A stretch of 64,000 nucleotides of DNA from Candidatus Falkowbacteria bacterium (GTDB taxonomy: Bacteria; Patescibacteriota; Patescibacteriia; Patescibacteriales; WJLG01), in NCBI GenBank assembly GCA_963747695.1, contig CAVVFV010000010.1, positions 261,618 through 325,617 on the forward strand, given 5' to 3'. Position numbers and translations under genes: made by a program. Shown piece by piece: positions 37,486 through 43,124 of this stretch (position 1 is its first letter; each line of letters begins with the position of its first letter). The notes below the pieces were generated by a model, which was not told the DNA's origin, did no database searches, and saw only the letters and a program-made list of their open reading frames with translations.

Positions 37486-38382
37486 CTACGAATTAATAAA
37501 TGGATTTGGTTGATTAAAATCCGGCAAAAATATTTCGCCCGCTTCCGGCTCCTGTGTCCAGCCATTCTCCAGTCCAAGTTCAATTTTTTTCTTTTCCGCC
37601 GCCGCGATTTCTTCGGGCGATATTTGCCGGCTCAATTCCGGAAATTCGGCCGCGCGATTCACCCCGCCTTTTCCGGAAAGGGAGGGGTAAACCGGGAAAT
37701 ACTGGCTCATCAAACTCAAATGGATTTTTTTATCAATAGCGGCGATCTTTTCCAGCGCAGAAAAAGTATTGGGCAAATTATTCGGCAATATCATGTGCCG
37801 AATGATCAAACCTTTTTTGGCCAAGCTATTATCATCAACAGCCAATAAACCAACTTGCCGATACATTTCCCTGATCGCCTTATCCGCCACCTCGGAATAC
37901 TTTGGCGCGTGCGAATATTTCGCCGCCGCGACATCGTCCCCATATTTAAAATCGGGGAGATAAATATCAATCAACCCTGCTAAATCTTTAATCGCCTCGA
38001 CCGATTCATAAGCGTTGGAATTCCAAGCCAGCGGAATTTTTAATCCTTTTTCTTTGGCCAGAACAATCGCCTGCTTTATTTCCCGCCGCCACGGTGTGGG
38101 AGTCACTAAATCAATATTAGCCGCTCCCTGCTTTTGCAGATCCAACATTATTTGTGCCAATTCTTCGACCGAATATTCTTTGCCCAAATTTTCCCAACTG
38201 ATCTGCCAATTCTGGCAAAAAACGCAATGCAAATTACAGCCGGAAAAGAATATCGTCCCCGCTCCGAATTTCTCCCCTCCTTCCGAAGGAGGGGTTTGGG
38301 GGTGGTTTGCCTGTCCGACTAGCGGCGGTTCCTCGCCGAAATGCTTGCCGAACCAAGCAATTTTGATTTTTCTTTCAGCCAT
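37486..38382 (-). CDS. Radical SAM protein (PflX/PflA-like), carrying two palindrome-encoded in-frame inserts
   Basis: GCNLHCVFCQNWQIS CxxxCxxC motif. The inserts PPSEGGEKF and SLSGKGGVNRA coincide with GC-rich palindromes. Confidence 0.75.
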   Translation of the reverse strand: MAERKIKIAWFGKHFGEEPPLVGQANHPQTPPSEGGEKFGAGTIFFSGCNLHCVFCQNWQISWENLGKEYSVEELAQIMLDLQKQGAANIDLVTPTPWRREIKQAIVLAKEKGLKIPLAWNSNAYESVEAIKDLAGLIDIYLPDFKYGDDVAAAKYSHAPKYSEVADKAIREMYRQVGLLAVDDNSLAKKGLIIRHMILPNNLPNTFSALEKIAAIDKKIHLSLMSQYFPVYPSLSGKGGVNRAAEFPELSRQISPEEIAAAEKKKIELGLENGWTQEPEAGEIFLPDFNQPNPFINS

Positions 38383-38429
38383 ACTTAAAGCTTACAACAA
38401 AAGGCGTTCCAATGAAACGCCCTCTGCCC

Positions 38430-38795
38430 TTGTCGGGGTACTGGGATTCGGTCACGGCTCTCGTCGGCTTCCGCCTCCTCGGCCGCGAACCCCGCCTCGC
38501 GATGCGGCTCGCCAAATGCTCGCCACATATCGCTCCGGCATTCAAATCCCATCGCGAGCCAAGCAGTTGGCTCGCTTTACCCCGACAAAAAAACGGCTTA
38601 GGCCGTTTTTCCTTGTCGGGGTACTGGGATTCGGTCACGGCTCTCGTCGGCTTCCGCCTCCTCGGCCGCGAACCCCGCCTCGCGATGCGGCTCGCCAAAT
38701 GCTCGCCACATATCGCTCCGGCATTCAAATCCCATCGCGAGCCAAGCAGTTGGCTCGCTTTACCCCGACAAAAAAACGGCTTAGGCCGTTTTTCC
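38430..38795 (-). repeat. Tandem array (2 x 183 bp, identical) of tRNA-linked GC-rich element, subfamily 1
   Basis: Period 183 bp measured at 38430, 38613 and 38796. Each unit carries tRNA-Pro acceptor strands, a T-loop copy and a terminator-like hairpin. Confidence 0.85.
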
Positions 38796-38798
38796 TTG

Positions 38799-38884
38799 TC
38801 GGGGTACTGGGATTCGAACCCAGAACCTTCCACCTACGTTCCGAGGCGGAACTTCGGTGGACGCAGCACGCACCTTCGTGAAAA
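38799..38884 (-). pseudogene. tRNA-Pro 3' half (anticodon stem 3' strand to acceptor end) with a 38-nt hairpin insertion
   Basis: Minus strand reads GGTGCGTG + TCCACC...GGTGGA hairpin + AGGTT-CTGGG-TTCGAAT-CCCAG-TACCCCG-A. No matching 5' half adjoins it. Confidence 0.7.
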
Positions 38885-38961
38885 TGGTCGGGGTACTGGG
38901 ACTCGAACCCAGAACCTCACGCACCCGAAGCGTGCGCCATAGCCAATTAGGCCATACCCCG
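38885..38961 (-). tRNA. tRNA-Pro(CGG), CCA encoded
   Basis: Acceptor CGGGGTA/TACCCCG, anticodon arm CACGC-TTCGGGT-GCGTG, T arm CTGGG-TTCGAGT-CCCAG, A73, CCA. Confidence 0.9.
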
Positions 38962-39028
38962 ACCATTTTCGCGAATTTAAAAAATAATGTAAGCACCTTT
39001 ACCCGCCGAAGCGATTAGCGAAGGCGGG

Positions 39029-39064
39029 CGAAGCGTGCGCCATAGCCAATTAGGCCATACCCCG
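39029..39064 (-). pseudogene. tRNA-Pro 5' fragment (first 36 nt)
   Basis: 36/36 identical to 38926-38961. It then diverges into the hairpin CCCGCC...GGCGGG. Confidence 0.75.
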
Positions 39065-39188
39065 AAAAAACAATTAAAAATTAAAAATGAAAAGTTAAAA
39101 ATTTAATATATAATTTCAGCCTACAGTATAAACAGTCTGTCGTCAATAAAAATATTTTTAATTTTGCATTTTTAATTTTTAATTGTTT

Positions 39189-39273
39189 TGGTGGGCATGG
39201 AGAGACTCGAACTCTCAAGGATTGCTCCGTACGCACCTGAAGCGTATGCGTCTACCAATTTCGCCACATGCCC
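39189..39273 (-). tRNA. tRNA-Leu(CAG), CCA encoded
   Basis: Acceptor GGGCATG/CATGCCC, anticodon arm TACGC-TTCAGGT-GCGTA, long variable arm, T arm GAGAG-TTCGAGT-CTCTC, A73, CCA. Confidence 0.9.
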
Positions 39274-39382
39274 GAAATAGTATCTCGTATTTAGTATTTG
39301 GTATTTCGTATATAAATTTTCTGTCTGGCTCGTTCTTCTTCAAATAAAATTAAAAATCAAAAAACTGATTTTCGATTTTATG

Positions 39383-39455
39383 AGCGGGAGACGGGGCTTG
39401 AACCCGCTGCCTCAACCTTGGGAAGGTCGCGCTCTACCAGATGAGCTACTCCCGC
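39383..39455 (-). tRNA. tRNA-Gly(CCC)
   Basis: Acceptor GCGGGAG/CTCCCGC, anticodon arm CGACC-TTCCCAA-GGTTG, T loop TTCAAGC, U73. No encoded CCA. Confidence 0.9.
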
Positions 39456-39501
39456 CTCTCATCGTCTTGTTTGCTCGTCCGCCTTGGGCGGAGGAAGCAA
39501 A

Positions 39502-39526
39502 CATTCTACCGTTGAATTACTCCCGC
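39502..39526 (-). pseudogene. tRNA 5' fragment (Gly-like acceptor plus D arm)
   Basis: Minus strand reads GCGGGAGTAATTCAACGGTAGAATG, followed by the palindrome TTTGCT..TCCGCC-CAAG-GCGGA..AGCAAA. No T arm. Confidence 0.6.
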
Positions 39527-39569
39527 CGTCATTCGCCGGAACCTCAGCGAAGGCGAACTTCGCCAAATC

Positions 39570-40253
39570 CTAATTATCAATATGTTTAATTCCAATTTCC
39601 GGAAAAACAACCTCTTCGCCAGTCGAAAGCAGAAAAGCCACGGTTGCCGCAACTTCTTTCGTATCTAAGGCATTATTCATGTCTTTTTTTAAGCCCATCT
39701 TTTCAAACATCTTTGTTTTCATTTTTCCCAAATAGAGACCAGTAACCCTAATATGATATTTTGATAATTCCTCCTGAATCGATTTAGTAAATCCGGTTAT
39801 TGCCCATTTGGAGGCGGTGTAAACGGATCTATCCGCCTTGGCGTAAAGCCCTGCTTGCGAAACGACATTGATGATAAAACCATTCTTTTGTTTTTTCATA
39901 ATCGGCACAACTTTTTGAGTAAGCAAAATTGTTCCTGTCGTGTTAACAGCGATTACTTCTTTAATTTTTTCGGCGTCACTTTGGTCAATGCCTCCCTCAA
40001 TCCAAAGCCCGGCATTATTTATCAAGCAATCAATTCTCTGATATTTTTTCTCAATTGCGCTTACCGCCGATTCAATTTCCTTTTCACTGGAAATATCACA
40101 AACCAAAAAATCGCATCCTAATTCTTTGGCCGTCTGTTTCAACTTGACGCTGTCATGAGCAAGCAAAATAACACTGTAATCGGATGCCAATTTTTGGGCA
40201 ATCTCCCTGCCTAGCCCATCGCTACCTCCGGAAATGACGACTACTTTTTTCAT
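39570..40253 (-). CDS. Short-chain dehydrogenase/reductase (SDR) family oxidoreductase
   Basis: SGGSDGLG cofactor motif, NNAG, and YTASKWA catalytic YxxxK. Confidence 0.85.
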   Translation of the reverse strand: MKKVVVISGGSDGLGREIAQKLASDYSVILLAHDSVKLKQTAKELGCDFLVCDISSEKEIESAVSAIEKKYQRIDCLINNAGLWIEGGIDQSDAEKIKEVIAVNTTGTILLTQKVVPIMKKQKNGFIINVVSQAGLYAKADRSVYTASKWAITGFTKSIQEELSKYHIRVTGLYLGKMKTKMFEKMGLKKDMNNALDTKEVAATVAFLLSTGEEVVFPEIGIKHIDN

Positions 40254-40272
40254 AGATAATAATATTATCTTG

Positions 40273-40343
40273 TGGACCTAGGCGGAGTCGAACCGCCGCC
40301 TCTGCAATGCGAATGCAACGTCATACCGCTAGACTATAGGCCC
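40273..40343 (-). tRNA. tRNA-Ala(CGC)
   Basis: Acceptor GGGCCTA/TAGGTCC with G3:U70, anticodon loop TTCGCAT, T arm GGCGG-TTCGACT-CCGCC, A73. No encoded CCA. Confidence 0.9.
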
Positions 40344-40351
40344 GCAAACTT

Positions 40352-40476
40352 TGTGGACAATACTGGGCTCGGTCACAGCTCTCGCTCGCTTCCGCTCGCT
40401 CGGCCGCGACCCCGCCTCGCCGTCTTGCTCGCCAAATAGCTCGCAAGACATGGCTCCGGCATTCGAGCCCTGCCCC
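40352..40476 (-). repeat. tRNA-linked GC-rich element, subfamily 1 (solo copy belonging to tRNA-Val)
   Basis: Its first 21 nt (TTGTGGACAATACTGGGCTCG) equal the tRNA-Val 3' end at 40511-40531. The core is collinear with the 183-bp units. It ends in GGCATTCGAGCCC, an inverted tRNA-Val T loop. Confidence 0.8.
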
Positions 40477-40513
40477 TAAAATATTTATCTGACGAAGGTC
40501 AGTAAATATTTTG

Positions 40514-40587
40514 TGGACAATACTGGGCTCGAACCAGTGACCTCTGCAATGTGAATGCAGCGCTCTAACCAACTGAGCTAATTGTCC
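40514..40587 (-). tRNA. tRNA-Val(CAC)
   Basis: Acceptor GGACAAT/ATTGTCC, anticodon arm CTGCA-TTCACAT-TGCAG, T arm ACTGG-TTCGAGC-CCAGT, A73. Confidence 0.9.
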
Positions 40588-40607
40588 GAAACGCCAGAAA
40601 ATTAGCG

Positions 40608-40670
40608 TGTCGGGGTACTGGCCCCGCCAGCCGGCGGGGTCTCCGCTTCGCTCCGAGAATCTCACCACTC
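40608..40670 (-). repeat. Degenerate element remnant ending in a tRNA-Pro-type 3' end
   Basis: TGTCGGGGTACTGG (as in the 38430 array) is followed by the GC-rich hairpin CCCCGCC-AGCC-GGCGGGG. Confidence 0.5.
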
Positions 40671-40675
40671 ACTTG

Positions 40676-40746
40676 TCGGGCTGCGCGGAATCGAACCGCG
40701 GCTACATGCACCCCATGCACGCGTACTACCATTATACGACAGCCCG
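40676..40746 (-). tRNA. tRNA-Pro(GGG)
   Basis: Acceptor CGGGCTG/CAGCCCG, anticodon arm CGTGC-ATGGGGT-GCATG, T arm CGCGG-TTCGATT-CCGCG, A73. Confidence 0.85.
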
Positions 40747-40760
40747 CTATTAAGGCGCGC

Positions 40761-40806
40761 CTGTCCCGCCTTCACGGCGGGATACTACCGCTATACTATA
40801 CCCCGC
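40761..40806 (-). pseudogene. tRNA 5' fragment (GCGGGGTA acceptor plus D-arm-like) fused to a GC hairpin
   Basis: Minus strand reads GCGGGGTATAGTATAGCGGTAGTA, then TCCCGCC-GTGAA-GGCGGGA. No T arm or 3' acceptor strand adjoins it. Confidence 0.55.
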
Positions 40807-40932
40807 CCCTCACCATTTTTCACAAAAAAATCGAACGCCTCCGTAAACTAAAAACGACCTTTTGAATAGTTTACGAAAAATGGTGAGGGGTCGTTTTTAA
40901 TACTATAAAACTTTACCAAAAAAAGCAAGAAA

Positions 40933-41094
40933 TCAGTCTCTTGACTGGAAAAAATCGCAATGGCCGTTGGGCGGGACTTCGCATTTGGCCTCCGAGCAGG
41001 CTCCGGTTTCCGGATCAAAACCGGTGCAACGGGAACATTCATTGTCGGGATTGGACCAGTCGGCGACAAAATTGGCTTCGATTTCGTGAGACAT
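40933..41094 (-). CDS. Small cysteine-rich protein (53 aa), HiPIP-like C-x2-C...C...C pattern
   Basis: Hand-translated as MSHEIEANFVADWSNPDNECSRCTGFDPETGACSEAKCEVPPNGHCDFFQSRD. Below the 60-aa ORF-track cutoff. The competing 73-aa ORF in another frame looks non-protein-like. Confidence 0.45.
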   Translation of the reverse strand: MSHEIEANFVADWSNPDNECSRCTGFDPETGACSEAKCEVPPNGHCDFFQSRD

Positions 41095-41125
41095 ACTTAT
41101 TATCAGATTAATTTTTAATACTGTA

Positions 41126-42154
41126 TTATTGCGCGGTCGAGGTTGCCTCCGGCGTTAAAATTTTGAAACTCTGGGCCATGCCTTCCAGAACCAGATTGAT
41201 CTTTAAGCGATCAAACTGCTTGATCCCCTGTTCGGGAGGGTAATTCAAAATATCGTTGGAATGGATGATCGACTCGACGGCATAGCATTGGCCATTGTAA
41301 ACAGTCCGGTAACTGGTGACATCGTAATAATTTCCAACGCCGGCGTCGGTGAAAATTATTTTGGTGAAATTGCGGTTGCCGATTATCACCTTGGTGGTGG
41401 TGGCAAAATTGCCAAAGTCCGAGATCAGGCAATTCTTGACCGCGCCGGGATCGGCGCTTGTCCCCACCGAAAATTTGGCTTCGCCGAAATTAGTTCCCGG
41501 CATAAATGAGCGGGGAATATTCACGACCGCCAGCAATAGACCAGTGCTGGAGGAATTATAACTCCAGTCTTGGGAAAAACCGATTTCTCCGCCGGAGAGA
41601 ACGAATTGGCTGGGATGGGAAAAAGAGAAAGTATTTTCCTCGTCCGTATATGTATTGATATCTCCGGAAGATGTCTGGTTGCCGGCCACGCAATTGGTAT
41701 AGGTAGTAATATCTTTTTGCGTCAAGAAAGCGTTATCGCCCTTGCTTACCAGAACCGTCGTCCCCGATTCATAGCGGATCCCCGAACCGGACCTAACTTG
41801 CGGCAAGGTCGTCGTACTGCCGTCTTTAAAGATCAGACTGACCGAACTCGAACCGTAATTAGCGCGCAGCACGCCCTCCTGACAAAAATATTTGATGATA
41901 TTAGAACTGGTGGCCGCCGTGCAATCCTCTTCCCAAGGCCGCAGGCATTTCTGCTTGACTTCGCACCAAGAATATCCGGCTGAACCGATACACCCGTGCG
42001 CGTCACGGTCATTGCCGACTAATGATCCGGCTGGAGTAGGATTACTCATCTTTTCCAGCCAGGGGAATTTTTGCCGGTTAAGATACAGATATCCGCCGCC
42101 GACAACCAAGACAATAATAATGATCAAAACAAAGGTTAAAAATTTATCTTTCAT
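41126..42154 (-). CDS. Membrane-anchored exported protein with MliC-like (lysozyme-inhibitor fold) domain
   Basis: N-terminal TM anchor. The central segment LRANYGSSSVSLIFKDGSTTTLPQVRSGSGIRYESG..VLVSKGDNAFL matches the MliC pattern. Confidence 0.55.
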   Translation of the reverse strand: MKDKFLTFVLIIIIVLVVGGGYLYLNRQKFPWLEKMSNPTPAGSLVGNDRDAHGCIGSAGYSWCEVKQKCLRPWEEDCTAATSSNIIKYFCQEGVLRANYGSSSVSLIFKDGSTTTLPQVRSGSGIRYESGTTVLVSKGDNAFLTQKDITTYTNCVAGNQTSSGDINTYTDEENTFSFSHPSQFVLSGGEIGFSQDWSYNSSSTGLLLAVVNIPRSFMPGTNFGEAKFSVGTSADPGAVKNCLISDFGNFATTTKVIIGNRNFTKIIFTDAGVGNYYDVTSYRTVYNGQCYAVESIIHSNDILNYPPEQGIKQFDRLKINLVLEGMAQSFKILTPEATSTAQ

Positions 42155-42214
42155 AGGTTTAATGATGTGTTTAATTACGCCTCAATTATAGCAGCTTTTA
42201 GATTTAAAAAACAA

Positions 42215-42814
42215 CCTGACGCAGGTCGGACTGATTCGGTCACGGCTCTCACTCGCTTCCGCCTCCTCGGCCTCGACCCCGGCTCGCGGTGCTCGGCGCC
42301 GGAATGCGCCTCGCACAACGCTGCGCCTTTCGAATCCTCTCATTTTCCATTCTAACTTAAAAGACCTGACGCAGGTCGGACTGATTCGGTCACGGCTCTC
42401 GTCGGCTTCCGCCTCCTCGGCCTCGACCCCGGCTCGCGGTGCTCGGCGCCGGAATGCGCCTCGCACAACGCTGCGCCTTTCGAATCCTCTCATTTTCCAT
42501 TCTAACTTAAAAGACCTGACGCAGGTCGGACTGATTCGGTCACGGCTCTCGTCGGCTTCCGCCTCCTCGGCCTCGACCCCGGCTCGCGGTGCTCGGCGCC
42601 GGAATGCGCCTCGCACAACGCTGCGCCTTTCGAATCCTCTCATTTTCCATTCTAACTTAAAAGACCTGACGCAGGTCGGACTGATTCGGTCACGGCTCTC
42701 GTCGGCTTCCGCCTCCTCGGCCTCGACCCCGGCTCGCGGTGCTCGGCGCCGGAATGCGCCTCGCACAACGCTGCGCCTTTCGAATCCTCTCATTTTCCAT
42801 TCTAACTTAAAAGA
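42215..42814 (-). repeat. Tandem array (4 x 150 bp) of tRNA-linked GC-rich element, subfamily 1 (tRNA-Ser copy)
   Basis: Period 150 bp measured at 42215, 42365, 42515, 42665 and 42815. Copies 2-4 are identical. A 40-nt run is identical to the 183-bp units. Each unit carries an inverted 15-nt copy of the tRNA-Ser T-loop/acceptor region. Confidence 0.85.
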
Positions 42815-42843
42815 CCTGACGCAGGTCAGGTCTTTTAAGTTAG

Positions 42844-42930
42844 CGGAGATGAGAGGATTCGAACCTCTGATGCCCTTACGGACATACCGCATTTCGAGTG
42901 CGGCCCATTCGACCACTCTGGCACATCTCC
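42844..42930 (-). tRNA. tRNA-Ser(CGA)
   Basis: Acceptor GGAGATG/CATCTCC, anticodon arm CCGCA-CTCGAAA-TGCGG, long variable arm, T arm AGAGG-TTCGAAT-CCTCT, G73. Confidence 0.9.
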
Positions 42931-43124
42931 ATTTTTTAATTACAAATTATGAATTATTAATTATAAATTTTATGGATATTAGTTAATCTACTATTTAAAC
43001 TACAAAGAGTCAATATTGCTAATTTGCCAAAATTTTTTAATACCCGCTTTTGACAAAATTCGACGCGGGTGATAATTTAAAGCGTTGATCTTTGCTTGAC
43101 TGAACATTTTCCTGGAGGTAAAAA

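Noticed and set aside
38822-38860. Short tRNA introns (the 21-nt expanded loops closed by CCACC/GGTGG here and by TTTGC/GCAAA at 39470-39505).
   Set aside because: The surrounding sequences lack the complementary tRNA halves needed for a functional exon pair. The loop contents match the genome's dispersed palindromes, so insertion into pseudogenes is more parsimonious.
38015-38942. Long ORFs (288, 176 and 152 aa on both strands) running through the 183-bp tandem repeats and the tRNA genes.
   Set aside because: They only exist because the GC-rich repeat lacks stop codons. They encode the same Arg/Pro-rich peptide twice, overlap tRNA genes and each other, and have no start context. The first part of 38015..38881 is antisense to a well-supported radical SAM gene.
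40848-41069. 73-aa minus-strand ORF from the track.
   Set aside because: It has a low-complexity, Pro/Ala/Arg-rich composition. A different frame on the same strand gives a compact Cys-rich protein with a proper ATG and stop, and that frame is preferred.
38430-42814. A CRISPR array as an explanation for the tandem repeats.
   Set aside because: Whole units, including what would be the spacers, are identical from copy to copy. The periods are 150 and 183 bp rather than about 60-70 bp. No cas genes are present in the window.
19511-42843. An autonomous integrative element or prophage as the source of the tRNA 3'-end duplications.
   Set aside because: No integrase, transposase, excisionase or phage gene occurs anywhere in the window. 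The duplicated segments enclose only 120-185 bp, so the elements must be non-autonomous or non-mobile RNA genes.
42182-42916. 244-aa minus-strand ORF with a four-fold repeated peptide (SPTCVRSFKLEWKMRGFERR...).
   Set aside because: It is an exact translation of the 150-bp DNA repeat and it runs into tRNA-Ser. The composition is not protein-like, so it is treated as a non-coding array.
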